From: Monocercomonoides exilis PA203
Taxonomy: Eukaryota > Protista > Preaxostyla
Length of the DNA: 64,000 nucleotides
Assembly: GCA_001643675.2 (NCBI GenBank)
Contig: LSRY02000022.1
Span: 496,001 to 560,000 of the forward strand
Direction: 5' to 3'
Both the position numbers and the translations under genes were made by a program. Shown here piece after piece: positions 51,230 to 64,000 of this stretch (the first letter of the stretch is position 1; each line of letters opens with the position of its first letter). The notes beneath the pieces were generated by a model, which was not told where the DNA came from, did not search any database, and was given only the letters and a program-made list of their open reading frames with translations.

Positions 51230-52137
51230 TGATGAATTCCCAATTTCAAAAAGAAAGTCAAACTTGTGAAAGTTTCTCGACGAATCTTTTTTTGAATCTC
51301 ATTGTCAGCTGCACTCATTCAGTTTATTATATATTCTGAATGTTTTTGAAAGCATCAAAGTTTTGATAAACAAGATAATCAGCAAATACAAACATCTTTA
51401 TTAATCGATAAGTATTGTGAGAATAACCACAAATCAAACGAATTTGTTCGATCAAAATTTCTTGTTGATAGAAAAAGGATAGACAAAATTCTCTTAATGT
51501 GCTCAAGCTGGAAGATCAAGCAAATTCTTTTTTCTCTCTAGTGATCGATCTTATTATAAAAATATTTCCATTGTTTTTCTTGCATTTGAAAAGATCTCTT
51601 TTCAGAACTTTGACTTTCCATTGAACGATATCAAAACGTTGTGTATCCATTCAAGAATATCACAAAAGATATGTTATTGCTCTGAAGAAAGAAAAATATA
51701 ATTTTCTTTTTAAAAAAATAATGAAATGATGTTTAAAAAAAATTTATAAAATTTCAAAAAAAATTATTGAGAAACATTGCAAAAAATGCATTATCACTCA
51801 GACAACGCAGCATTCAAATTTTAAGCATTTCTTTTAATATTTCACAAAATTACAAGCAGAAATCACCAAAGCACAAATTTTTTGGAAAGAATATTAAAAT
51901 TGAATTTCTTTTCTGTAAAAACATTTTTTTTCCCCACTGATATAAAAGAAACAAATTCTTTGAATAATCTTCTCAAACCAAATATTTTGATGGATTTTTG
52001 AAAGGAAAAAAGAATCTTTTTATTTTTTCAACAATCTCAAAATGTTGAAACATCCAAATTTCATGTTTCATAATTATTCTCTCTCTTTCCTTTTCTCTTT
52101 CTCTTTCTCTCCTTCATCCACATTTGATGCAACCATC

Positions 52138-54903
52138 TCAACCGTATTCCACATCCATCCTTCCTCCTCCTCCTTCTCCTTTTTCTCGTTCTCCTCCTTC
52201 TCCTTCTCCTTCTCCCTCCATCATCATCTCATCCGCATCCATCCCCATCATCATCCTCATCTTCATCTTCATGTTCATGTTCATATTCATATTCATCGTC
52301 ATCTTCATCAAACTCCCTTCTCTCCCTTTCCTCCTCCTCTGCTCCATCTTCCTCCTCTCGCTCATCTGCGCCCTCAGCTGCTGCTGCTGCCTCCTTTCTT
52401 CCTCCTCCATCGCCTTCATCATCGCCACATACTCTTCATCCACTTCCACCATCTCGCTCGCCACCTCATCAAAGGGTGTGACATAATCATTCATGATCCG
52501 AACACACACTTTGTTGATTTTCCCCAACAGTGCCACAACTTGCCCTTCTTTCTCCTTTCTTCCTGTGCTCATCCTATTCAGCGTGTCTGTTGCTGACATC
52601 CCCACATTCTGCACTTCATAATACAACTCTTCTGTTTCCAGATCAACCAGCACCTCGTTGTCCAGCAAAAGCTCCTTCCTCAGCTCTGAATCTTCGTCTT
52701 CGCCTTCATCATCATCTTCTTCTTCTTCATTGCTATCATCATCATCCTCATCATCTTTTTCTTTATCATTATCTTCCATTTCTCCTCCTCCTCCTCTCCC
52801 CTTCCCATTCCTCCTCTCCCTCCTCCTCCTCCTCGCCTCCTTCTCCCCCGCTGCCATCATCCTCTCCAGAAACGTCACCGCCATCAGCGTCGTCTTCAGC
52901 ATCAGCCTGCTCTTCCTCCTCGCCAGCATCGCACACACATTCACATGCGCCTTCCACTTCATCAGCACTCGTTTATGCGAAAGAGGGCCACACGAGATAT
53001 TCATCAGCGTGATGATCGTCTCGTGCACATAGTTCGCTGAAAATGAGGGGGATAGCAGCTGCTTCAGCAAAAAGGGCACGATCGAGGTGTTCAAGACGGA
53101 TTCTGTCTGCTCGTTGGTTCCGCCGGTGATGTTGCTGACACCCAAAAGCGCTCGCTCGAAGGCGTGCCGGCGGAACAAAGCGAGGGTGGAAGGTTTCGGC
53201 TTGGGGAAGGAGGATAAAGTGAAGGAGGAAGGGAAAGGGGTGGATGGATATGAAGAAGAAATGGAAGAAGAAGAAGAAGATTGGAATTCTTCATCATTCA
53301 TATTCCTCAATCTCACATACCCACCACCACCACCACTTCCTCCTCCTCCTTCTCCTCCCTTCTTCTTTGCCTCCCTTTCATAATAATCTGAAGCCTGCTT
53401 CAGGATGAAACCAGGAGGTTGCCTGTCAAACGGCCGAGCTGTCGGATTCAGTGCGATTTGGAAGATTTTCACGCCTCCTGCTTTGATAACAGCGTCTGTG
53501 TGTGAGTCCTCCTGTGTGGAGGTGAAGCTGGAGAGGAGGGTGACGCAGCTCTCGAAGATGGCTGAGTGGAGGGTGGAGGAGGCGCGGGACACGAGGAGAG
53601 AGGGGACGTTGTAGCGGCAGAGGATCTGGCGGTGGTGTTAAAATAAAGAGAAAAAAATTTTATTCATAAAATAAATAAATAAAAAATAAAAGAGATGAAA
53701 AAAACTATAAACTCATAAAATTTTAATTGTAACTGTGATTAAAGCTATATTTGACATAACCACGTTTCTCCATTTCTCATCTCATAATAAATATATATAT
53801 GAATGTAAATATGTATCATTCATTCATTTATTCAGATTCATTCACATTCATCAACTCTCACATTCACACACTTCGATCGTCTCCATCTTCCTCTCAGCGA
53901 AGGCGACGAGGCATTTCAAGGTGTTTCTGAGAAGTGTGGGGTCGATGCAGACACGAAGAATAGTGCAGAGAGAAGGGATGGTTGAAGAAAGACGATGAAG
54001 AATGGTGAAATTGGAGGAGGAGGAAGAGGAGGAAGAAGAAGAGAAGAGGGGAGAAAGAGGAAAAGGAGAAAGAGAAGAAGAGGAGGAGGAAGAAGAGGGA
54101 GAAGAAGAAGAAGAACTTGCAGTTTTTGAAGCAACGCTGCTTAAAAAAGCAGGAGGTGAAAGATCAGACAACAAATTCTGAGGAGAAGAAGAGGTTGTTT
54201 GCGAAAAAGAATTCAAAATCTGCTTCAAACCAACAAAATTTGAGTGTGAAAGAATCAAAATGTCTTCGCCAGGAATGAAAAATGACACGTCTTCACAGCC
54301 AATCCACTCGAAAAGATCGGATTCTGCTTCAATTTCTTCTTCTTCTTCTAATTCTTCTAAATCTTTTTTTTCTATTGCAACTTCTTCTTCATTGGATTTA
54401 GTGGTTTGGGGGTTTATTTCTCTTTCTCTTTCTCTTTGTTTTTTGCTTTGATTCAAATTAAATGAAGAAGAAGAAGAAGAAGAAGAAGAATTATTTGACT
54501 TTGTATTTTTTCCAAAACAATTTCTTTTTGATGTTTGATTTGAAGCAATTGACTGAATAAATCTGTTTAATTTCAAAGTTGTTTCGATTTTGCTTGTGAG
54601 TTCAGCGGGCAAAGGAGAAAAAGATGAAGAAGAGAAGGTTTGAGAAGAAAGAGTAATATGAGGAGATGAAGAAGAGGAAGAAGAGGGAGAAGAAGAAGAA
54701 GAGGAAGAAGAAGAAGAAGAAAAAGATGATGATGATGATGATGATGATGATGAAGTGGAAGAATGGCGAAGAGGAGAAGGTTTTGTGATCTGAGAAGAAG
54801 AAGAGGAGGAGGATGATGAAGAAGAGGAAGACGAAGAATTTGATTTTTGTTGCGGAGATGAAGAAGAATTAGAAGAAGAGGAAGAGGAAGAAGAAGAATT
54901 CAT
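52138..54903 (-). CDS. Divergent importin-alpha-like armadillo-repeat protein with Ser/Glu insertions (at least 2 exons; 5' region degenerate)
   Basis: Intron 53871-53626 joins METIE|ILCRYNVPSLLV in frame; ARM motifs DAVIKAGGV, ALLGVSNITGGTNEQTESVLNTSIVPFLLKQL, TLMNISCG. Confidence 0.7.
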
Positions 54904-56379
54904 TTGTGATGTGTAAGCTATCCATTTTTCCTTCTGAGAAAGAAGAGGAGCATCAAAAGGCCAAGAAGAAGAAGGGGTGAAGAGAGGAAGAGGAGAAAGA
55001 GAAGAAGAAGAAGAAAGAAGAAGAAGAGGAGGAGGAGGAGGCGAAGGAGGTTTCGATTGATTTTGAGGTGGAGAAGAAGTGGAAGAAAAATATAACGAAG
55101 AGGGAGAAGACGAATAACAATAATAATAAATCGAAGAAGATGTTGATTATGATACGGAATTAAAAAGAATTGAATTTTTCCCAGCGAGATGCTGTTTCTT
55201 GGTTGATAGAAATATGTAAATACGTTTTGTTCATTTTTCTCTTTATCTTTTTCAATTCAATTTTCCTTTATTTCTTCCTTTTCCTCATTTCCATTCATCT
55301 TTTTCCTTCTTTCTTCCTCTTTGACATTTCAATCTTTTTTTCATCTCTCTTTTCTCTGTCAAAAATCTGTCCCTCTTTGCACAAATAATCTTATTAAATA
55401 CAACTTCTTTCTCGTTTTCCTTCTTCTCCCTTTCCTTCTGCCTTCGCTTCTTCTTCTGATATCCTCAAAATCTCATAAGTTAATGTCCAAGCAACGCATC
55501 CTGAGAATTAGTGGCAAGGGAGAAATATACTTCATCGCTTGATTTTCCGAGTGTGGCTTTGTTTTAATAATGTTTTTTCTTCTTATCATCTTTTTTTTAT
55601 TTTTCTCCATGAAAATTCTCCCATTCCGTTAATCTTTTTAAGTGTTTGTAGTCTAAAATATATTCGATCATTTTCCTCTTCTTTTCTTTAAGAAGGCCTC
55701 GAAGCATTCTTGTTCTTCTTCCCTTTTTCTCTTCACCTTTCTTTCTTTATATTTCTCGAAAGCCATCCTGTTTTCTTCTTGCCAAGTTTTTCTTTCATTG
55801 CAATCGAATTATCTTTCTTTCTTCTCTTTCCCTCTTATTCCAACTTTGCTCTCTCTTTTCCCTTCTGCATCTCATTCATTCATTCTTTATTTTCTCCCTT
55901 TCCCTCCTTCAAATTCCATTCTATCGCTTTCTCTCCTTCTTTCTCCAAAGGCATTATTCTCTTCCCCAATATTACCAGTTCCTCCCACTTTCTTCTCTTT
56001 CCTCGTGATGTTGAACATCTTTTCCTTGAATAATCCATTGAAAAGAAAATAACGTATTTCTCTTTCCTAATAGCTTGTTTCCTCGTTCTCTCTTCTCTTT
56101 TTTCTTCTTCAAATCCACTTTTCTTCTTCACACGGATTTTTCCTTGTTTTCAAATCCATCGTTGCACCTTCACTCATTACTCTTCTCCACTTTGAAGTTC
56201 TCCATTATTAATTCAAACTCAAATCTTATTTATTTCCAAAAGACATTCACATTTCATCCAATTCCGTATATTTCATCTGCAGAATGAGTCGTATTATGAA
56301 AGCATCAAAATGGCTGTTCCTATCAAACATTTTTTTTTGAAAATGACAAAGAGGAATGAAGAATAGTTTGAAATGTCAG

Positions 56380-57460
56380 AAGAATCCTGAATGCGAATAC
56401 CCAACCAGTTCATCAGATCCCGCAAAAGAGTCGCTTCTGCCGAACACTCTCAAAATAAGCCAAAAAAAACTGCTTTTTCTCTCTTTCAGCCTCATGTCAA
56501 GCATTGTCGGGTTATGCATCATACAAAACGGATGGCAGAAGTCACGAATATCATCATTGAATGCAATCCAAACAGGGATAATCCCAAAACTCATGGTTCT
56601 TTCGCGAAATGAAAAGAAGGCTTCTCTTTCAATGGCATTCCTGTTCATAGTCATTCTGCATTCATTCAAATATCACCCTTAAATAAAAATAAATGATATA
56701 AAAAAAGTCAAACCATTTTTTTGGCATCGAAATATTTTCCCATCTCCAATGGATTGGTTATTATCAGCCAAGCAGTCTTTCTTGCTCTCCAAAATTTCCT
56801 CTTGCCACATAAAAAAACAGACTACTGGATAACAAATGGTTGGCAAAGAACATCATCGAAAGCAGAAAATCCTTTATGAAACCGATAATTATGCAAGTGA
56901 AAATAAATATTCACCAAATAAACTCCTTTTCAAAAACTTATTCAACGATAAATCTTTGCTGACCGCATACCAGTAGGATTCGTGTAAATGGCAATGCGTT
57001 TGTTGCTGAGGCCTTCTGAGTGCTTCGTTCAACTCGCTTCCTCCATTGTCCAATCCCCTAATTCCCTTTCCTTTTCCACAAAACAAACCTTCCCCCAAAA
57101 AATCACTCAAAACTAATCCTGTGCAAAAAAAATATGCCAAGTGCACTGCATTTCCCTGAAATGACAAAGCGGTTCAATTCAATCTTTCTAATATTCTCCT
57201 CGCTTTTTCTGCATCTTGTTTGAGTTATTTTTCATTCAAAATCTTGCAGCCGATGTCGCATCATATGATTTGCAATATATGACCAAGTTCAAATTTCATT
57301 CAATTTCCCTCGCCAATTCTCTTTTTGCAAGCAATCGATGCAAACAGCCATTCGCTCCTCCATCAGAAAGCTAAATCCCTGTTCTTCTGCAGTGCTATAA
57401 CTCACATGAGTGCATCTGTGGCTGTGTGCCTAAGCAGCTCAAACATGCTCTGGATGCTGT
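56380..57460 (-). repeat. Second copy of the 17900-18930 repeat/pseudogene
   Basis: Reverse-complement similarity; MNRNAIER/MNRNAMKR, LDMRLKERK/LNMSLKERE. Confidence 0.8.
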
Positions 57461-57784
57461 ATATCATCAATCAAAAATCTTTATCTCAAAATTTATGGTT
57501 GTTTCCCCTTATTTATTTGTTCAAAAAGGAAATTAATTAATTCAAAGATTTGCTTGTTTTGAGGCAAAATCATTGATGGAATACGAAGATGTATAGATTT
57601 ATTTGATAATATAAATTTTTGGTTTGGAGTTTTTAATTCTTTTAATTTGAACAAAACACGAATATTTTGAAAACGAATTTATACGTTGTTTTGAAAACAT
57701 TTTACGATTTCACAGTCAACTTCAAAAAGCCAAATATATCGTGGTTTGCAAAGTGTTATAAGAAATGAATGGTTGAGTTAACAA

Positions 57785-59153
57785 ATGTATATTTTTTTCT
57801 TTTTTGATTTTTCAATTTTTTTTAAAGAGAAACTTTCACAGTTGGAACAAATCACTGAAGCTGAACAGAAACAAAAAATCGAAGAAATGAATGAAATGAT
57901 CGATGGAATGAATGAAGAAGAATTCGAATCAGTTTTCACAGAAGAAACATTCAACAAAATAGAAAAAATGATTGAAGAAAAGAAAATGTCAATGGAAAAT
58001 GCATTGTTGTTATTGAAGCGCATTGAATATTATAAAGATCTTTTGGAGTGGCAGAGTTGTGGCTTTGAAAGTTCTTTGCTATACGGAAGATTCAAGAAAA
58101 TGCCTTTTGATGAAGAAAAGATGAAAAAAGAGAAATGAATGAAAAGTTTCTTATTGAACTTTGCGGATGTTTTCTTTCGTTGTATTACGAATTCACGGAC
58201 ATTCCAGAAGAAGTAACTGATATTTGTGGGGTAAATCTTTGAAAATTAAACTGAGGAAAGAGGAAAACGAGGAAACACAAAAAGAAGTGGAAATGGCTTT
58301 GCTGGCATTGAATTGCTTTGGTAAATTTACTGTTTGATCATTTCTATTACATTTTAGACATTTTTGCTTTTTTTTCAAAATTTTTGAAGAGTTTGTCAAA
58401 AAAGAGATTTTCTTCAATGAAATCAAAGAGATAATCAAGCATCATCAGGAACATCACAATCTGACACGACTTGCTTATCAATCTGCTTGGGGATTTTTAA
58501 TGAACCGATTTTTCAAAGACGAAGACTTGGAAATAGTTATTGCGAATGAGCTGCATTTTGGAAGAGAAGCAGCAAGAGAACTGGAAGATCTATCAAAGTG
58601 TATTGAATGGAAGAGAAAAGAAGATGAAAGAGAAAAAAAAACAGAAGAAGAGCTTCTATTAGAGAGATGGCTGGATATGCTGTGTGAATTTCTGGACTTG
58701 TGTGAATCGAGAATCGAAGGATTTGTTGGTGTTCTTGAAAGCATTTTTCAGATATTTCGAGCGGCAAAGGTGAATAACAGAGATATTAGCGAATTGTGCA
58801 TATATCTATTCAAAGCAGTTGCAGAAAACAGAGCCGTGAAGATTGATGACTTGCTGAAGAGTGGAGTGGCTGACGAGTTTATGGAGAAACTTCAACAATC
58901 AACACGAGATAACATAATAACATATAGAAGCTTGAAATTTTTTGAATCTCTTTCAACAAGATTAAAAGAAGAAAAGAAAGATAAAATGGAAGAAGTGGAA
59001 AGAAAGGCAGCCAAAAGGAAAGCATTTGAAAAGATGGAGGAAGAAGGATACGAAGATATCATCATTGGCTTTCATGAAAATTTTGATTTTCTAAACAAAA
59101 AATATTGTATTTATTTATCTTTGAATATTTCTGATTATTTTGTGTATGTTTGA
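57785..59153 (+). pseudogene. Member of the expanded alpha-helical (EENEETQKEVEMALLAL) gene family, frameshifted
   Basis: Intron 58321-58389 joins in frame to EIIKHHQEHHNLTRLAYQSAW; frame breaks near 58135 and 58240. Confidence 0.75.
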
Positions 59154-60660
59154 AGAAACGCATTGAATTTTGTAACTCGACAGTTTTATTTTATTTTATT
59201 TTTTAATCTTTTCACAAGAGAGAAAACAGACATTTGAATTATAATTTTAAAGCATTTTGTTTTTCATTCCACTTCATTTCATCAAAATGAAGAAACAAAA
59301 AATAGAAAAAAAGAAACAATTTCGATTTTCTTCCAAAAATAATCTTCTTCAAATAACTTGTCAACTCAAAAGTTGTGTGAAAAAAAATAAAAACTCTTGA
59401 AAAAGTTTGTTTATCTTCTGCAGCAACCTCATTAATGTCTTTTGAGAAGTTTTGTGTTCCACCAGCTTCTTCTCTTGTTTTTCCAAGCTTCACTTGATCT
59501 CATTGAACGAAGATGAATCAAAATCCAGTTCACAATCAGAGTATTTGAAATTTGAATGTGAAAAGAAAAGGAAATCAGACTTTCTTTTGTCAACTGGCTG
59601 GCCAATTGCTGCTTCAATTCCACAAATGTCCATCTTTCCCAAATGCCCCACCTTCTCTTTCCCTTCCCACATGCCTCACCAAACAGTCATTCAGAACATG
59701 ATATCCACACTCAAATCCAATAGAGCAAGAGAAAAGAAGACTTCGCAAAAAGAGAAGACGAAAAAATAACATTCTCTTGAGAGGTTGTTATTTTCCGTCC
59801 AAAGATTTTCATTTGTTTTTTTTTTTCCTTCATTCTTTGACAATCCAGTTTCCTCAGAATACATGATTTTTTTCTGACGCATTTCGAAAGGATGCTGTCG
59901 CTCCATCAAAAAGCTAAAGAGGAAGAAAATTCTAATTGAAATACAAATGCTTTCTATGATGATCACAAACATGATGATGAAACTGAGAAAAAAGGAGAAA
60001 GAAGAAAAGTAAAGATAAATTGCCTGTGTTGTTTTTCATGTTTGTTGAAGGGCTTTTTTGTGAAGGATTTAAAATATGTGTAATTTCTTTAATGACAACA
60101 AAAAATGAAGTGAAATGACTGTTTTCATTGTGACGTTGATGAGGAAGATGAGGAAGATGAAAATGGAAAGGAAATTGAAAATAAAATCATTATCGATTTT
60201 TGAAGCGAAAGGATAGGAAATTGTTTGCAGAAGACAAATGACTTTGAGGGAATCCATCCTCATTGATTAACTTGAATCTTTCAGATAAAAATTTCCAATT
60301 TTGTATGCTAATCGTTTTGAATTTTGTTTAAGTTTTTTGACCTTCTTCACTTGATAAAAAAATCAACATTTGATAAAAAACACAAAATGAATTCAAAATG
60401 AATTCGTTGTGGGTTTTAATTTATTTGGAAAGAGTCAATCTTTTCATTTGAAGGATTTCATAATGAGGTTTGTTTGAAATTCAAAATAAAGCTATATATT
60501 TTTTATAAATTACTCTGGAAAATCAACTTCAAATAAAAAAAATAATTCTTATTCAAAAATAAAATTCAAATGATGAATATACAAAATTATTTTTCAAAAT
60601 AAATTTCAAATTTTTAAAGACATGGATCCGAACCATTATTTCACCTCAACGACACATCTC

Positions 60661-62007
60661 TTATTCATTGTTTCCGTTTTTGACATTTCTTAATTTTCTT
60701 TTCCGCACCACTACAATTACAACAACTACCACAACAACTGCAACAACAACGACCACAATTGGAACAACAATTGCGATCACTGTTCCTGCTTTTGTTTTCT
60801 TGTTGTCTTTGTTCTCTGCTTCAGGGTCTTCTTTTGGTTTTTTATTTCTCCCTTTCAAATACTTCTCGTAAACATCCACAAGTTCCGCCTCTGGATCTTG
60901 CATTCCCATAATCCATCCTGATTTTGATTCGTCGTAATCATTTGCAAACTCAAAAGAGTCTTCCTGTTCGCAGAATTTTTCAAAGTCTGTTGAGAAAATG
61001 ACTAATGATCTTGTTACAGATTCTACAATATTTGAACTGTCAATATCCAGATTATTTTCTGCTGGAAGTTGAAGATTTGGTACTGCCTTTTCCAATCTGA
61101 AATATATAGCTCCTGAAGCTCCTTTTTGTGTTACGCATGATTTAAATGTGCATTTGCTTGTCCTTCCCATCGACACTATTGATTCTTCTGAATAAAACCA
61201 AACTTGCAAGCCAGCCACATATCCAGACTCTGTATTAACTTCCTGAACATTCAATCCCTCAATTGTGACTTTTGAAGGTCCATCATCAGTTATTTCAACC
61301 GCTGCTCCATTTTCAACGTTTACTTTATTTATCTCGACTTTTTTCAATGAAACTTCGCTTGCTCCAGAAAAAGAAAAAGGAACTGATGAGAATGATGCTA
61401 TTTTGGTTAAATCTGTGCATGATATGTTGACCATTGAAACACTTCCTACATTGACATTCACAAGGGATCTTGCATCATAACTGTTTCTTTTCGCTTCTAC
61501 AGTAATACTTCCGTAAGGCATGCCCTCGGTTCTGTCAAAACGACAATTACTAATTTTGAGGGAAACTGAATCTGAGTCAGCAAAAATCAATCGATTCCAC
61601 TTGCAATTTGATAGGGGAAATTTGAATGTCAAAAACTTGAATTCAACAGATTTTTGACAAGTGAACAAGTAATTGGCTTGAGAATTAATGCGAGTATCAA
61701 TATCCATTTGCTCGCTTCCACTTCCATCACTTTTCCATCCTTCAATGGTTATTCCATGAATCTTGTTAAGAATAATTGGATCAGCAGGAAGTGGAGGTCC
61801 GAAATAAACAACTTTAATACTGCATGCCGTATCCTCTCCGAGAACGTTATAGGCATTGTTTAATGTTCTTTTTTCCTGACCGATCTCAAGACCGCTATTA
61901 TTGTCATTTCCTGTCACTTTCACATAAACTGTTGATGTTGATGATGACGACATTTTTTGTGAATGCGTCAGAGATAACGTAAGGCAAAAAATGAAATTCA
62001 AAATCAT
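60661..62007 (-). CDS. Type-I membrane surface protein (signal peptide, beta-helix-like ectodomain, Val-rich transmembrane segment, basic tail)
   Basis: MILNFIFCLTLSLTHSQ signal; VYVKVTGNDNNSG; CTFKSC..GASGAIY; VIAIVVPIVVVVVAVVVVVVVIVVV followed by RKRK. Confidence 0.88.
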   Translation of the reverse strand: MILNFIFCLTLSLTHSQKMSSSSTSTVYVKVTGNDNNSGLEIGQEKRTLNNAYNVLGEDTACSIKVVYFGPPLPADPIILNKIHGITIEGWKSDGSGSEQMDIDTRINSQANYLFTCQKSVEFKFLTFKFPLSNCKWNRLIFADSDSVSLKISNCRFDRTEGMPYGSITVEAKRNSYDARSLVNVNVGSVSMVNISCTDLTKIASFSSVPFSFSGASEVSLKKVEINKVNVENGAAVEITDDGPSKVTIEGLNVQEVNTESGYVAGLQVWFYSEESIVSMGRTSKCTFKSCVTQKGASGAIYFRLEKAVPNLQLPAENNLDIDSSNIVESVTRSLVIFSTDFEKFCEQEDSFEFANDYDESKSGWIMGMQDPEAELVDVYEKYLKGRNKKPKEDPEAENKDNKKTKAGTVIAIVVPIVVVVVAVVVVVVVIVVVRKRKLRNVKNGNNE

Positions 62008-62249
62008 CAAGGATGTTGTTCTTTTTTCTGTATCACTACAGATCCAAACATCCATAAAGTGAACTTTAATGAAAATCAAACTATGGAATAAATAAAGTTG
62101 GGAATTACAAATTTCAATTGAACTTTTAATTGAATCATAATCTTTTTGTTTATAAATGTTATTTTGTGGAAATTCATTGTAAAAAAAACTGATGTGGTGT
62201 AGTCTATGAATTAAAACTATGTTAAAATAGTATGGTTTTTTTTTTTTTT

Positions 62250-62307
62250 TTGTTTGTTTGTTTTTGTTTTTGTTTTTGTTTTTGTTTTTGTTTTTGTTTT
62301 TGTTTTT
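62250..62307. repeat. (TTTTTG)n microsatellite
   Basis: Directly visible. Confidence 0.9.
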
Positions 62308-62571
62308 CGTTTCAAACTTATAGTTTCATGCTTCATTTTTGCATGTAATTTATCATTAAACAATTTTTCAATATTATTTTGTATAGGGTCATCTTTTTAT
62401 TAGTACTTTTTTCTTTATTGGCACCAAAATTTTTTGAAATGAAAAAAAATTAAAAACACATCAAAATAATACAAAACTCGAATCAATTACTCTTCTAACT
62501 TTTCTTTTTCCATTTTCACGTTCAAAGGGGTCAAATTCATCACTTGTTTCATCGTCATTATTCTTAATTTT

Positions 62572-63969
62572 TCAGAATTTTCTATTCACTTTTTTCTCCA
62601 AGGGCAATTCTTCTTCTTCAATTTCATTTTCATTTTCAACATTTTCTTCAATTTCCTTTTCTTTTTCTTCAATTTTCATCTTGTGCTTTTCATTATATTC
62701 ATCCCATTCATCAATAAGCTTTTCTTTTGTTATTTCTTTTCCGAAGAAGTAGAAACAATGTGAATGAGAAGGAATGAAGTATTGAGAAGACTGAGGAAGC
62801 TTCATAAGAACCGATCCAGATCCATTGCTGAAGACTCCGCTGTTAATGAAGGCTTTTTTGATCACCGATGGGGTGAATGCTGTGTGAAGGGCTTGTGGCA
62901 ACACATCTGCAACAGCTGTTCTTTTTGAAGATGAGTATGTGGATGATGGAGAGCTGTAATTGTTTGATAGCTCTGACTTCAACACTGCAAATACGCCTCT
63001 GTCAAGCGGCTGCAAAATGTGTGCAGTGTGTGAAACGAAGGTAACAACGTCTATTTCGGCTTCCTTGAACTGTAACCATATTGTTGGATCTGCACGTAAT
63101 GAGTGCGAGTCCAGGAGAAGAAGGCAACGGTGAGATACCTTCAAGATACGTTTTCTTCTGTAAATGATAACTGGCAGTAGGACTGTTAAGGCGTATTTTT
63201 TGAATGACGTTCTGTCCATCCAGCCGTTTGTGTATGGCCAAATATCAAGCGAAGGTGTTAACAGTGTTGTCAGTTTTTTTGGAAGAGTTGCACTCGGCCA
63301 CAGCACGATAGAAGGAAGCGAGAAGCCATCAGCAGTGATTCCAGTAACGAGAGTAGCATTTGGTATCCTTTCGGCAGTCTTTTTGAACCCAGCTTGTTCA
63401 TATGCGGGATGAACAACAACACCACGTGAAGAAGTTGGAATTCGAAGCGAAGATTCGTTGACATTGAAGATTAATTCCTCTGGGTATTTGTTCTCATCGT
63501 GAAATATTTGTAATTTAGTAAACTTCAGCTTTGAGACTTTCTGGCAAGATGTTGCAAGTCTGTTGATATCAACTTACTTTGAAAATGATGACTTCAATTC
63601 AGGATGGCGCTTTATGAATGCGTGAACCGTCTTCAGAGTTACTGTCTTTTTCTTCTTTTCTTCATTTTCTCCTTCTTCTTTACTATCGTTAATTATATTT
63701 TCCATCTAAATACATATTAATATACAATTCAAATATCAATTACAAACCAGATCACGCACTTTTCGTAATGTGAGGCTTGTCCCAGATCGAGATTCTATTG
63801 TAACTTCTTCCAAGAATTGCTTTTCTTTTTCTCCGCTGATAATTGGTGGATGACCAACTTTTTCAATCGGCCTGCCGTTTTTTATTGCTTTAACAGCGTG
63901 CTCCAAAGATTTTTTGCTGATTCCTCCATATTTAACACCGCCGACCAGCCTGACAGCATTTTTATTCAC
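62572..63969 (-). mobile_element. pogo/Tigger-type transposase pseudogene (CENP-B-like HTH + DDE_1) with a 42-bp intron
   Basis: NGWMD..F, LLLLDSH, SHTAHILQPLDRGVFAVLK; VHAFIKRHPEL; intron 63747-63706; in-frame TAA at ~63576; first catalytic Asp replaced (IFNVNES). Confidence 0.9.
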
Positions 63970-64000
63970 AATGTGCGCAATCCTTTCTAATCTTGAACTA

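Noticed and set aside
52200-52320. Met-rich MNMNMKMKM segment as a metal-binding motif
   Set aside because: More simply an out-of-frame reading of a GAT/GAA (Asp/Glu) microsatellite.
1-64000. Alternative genetic code (TAA/TAG = Gln, as in some oxymonads) to explain in-frame stops
   Set aside because: The repeat-gene paralogues end at the same position with TGA and TAA, intact genes end in TAA, and the broken genes also contain TGA stops and frameshifts.

Overview
AT-rich eukaryotic DNA with short GT-AG introns and the standard genetic code. The Ser/Glu homopolymers, DIRS element and two expanded gene families suggest an oxymonad such as Monocercomonoides (inference, not verified). The window is mostly mobile elements and decayed gene fragments, with few intact genes. 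(1) At ~39.2-50.9 kb, three elements are nested. A DIRS-type retrotransposon (gag, RT, RNase H, methyltransferase, tyrosine recombinase) is split by a transposase-less element with 165-bp terminal inverted repeats (TIRs). That element is in turn split by a second one with 209-bp TIRs. Both TIR elements start GGCA, have 8-bp target-site duplications (TSDs) and carry fragments of host surface-protein genes (Pack-type). (2) At ~24.0-39.2 kb, an inverted duplication has arms that each encode a 15 x 30-aa 'EPPEWMRH' repeat protein. The arms enclose a gene for four ubiquitin-like (Ubl) domains ending LRLRGG, followed by a Cys-rich domain and a RING-H2 finger. (3) Other items: a perfect 279-bp-arm palindrome with nested hairpins, a non-autonomous Tc1/mariner-pogo element, two pogo-type DDE transposase remnants, an importin-alpha-like ARM gene and an intact type-I membrane protein. 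All alignments were made by eye, so identity figures are approximate.
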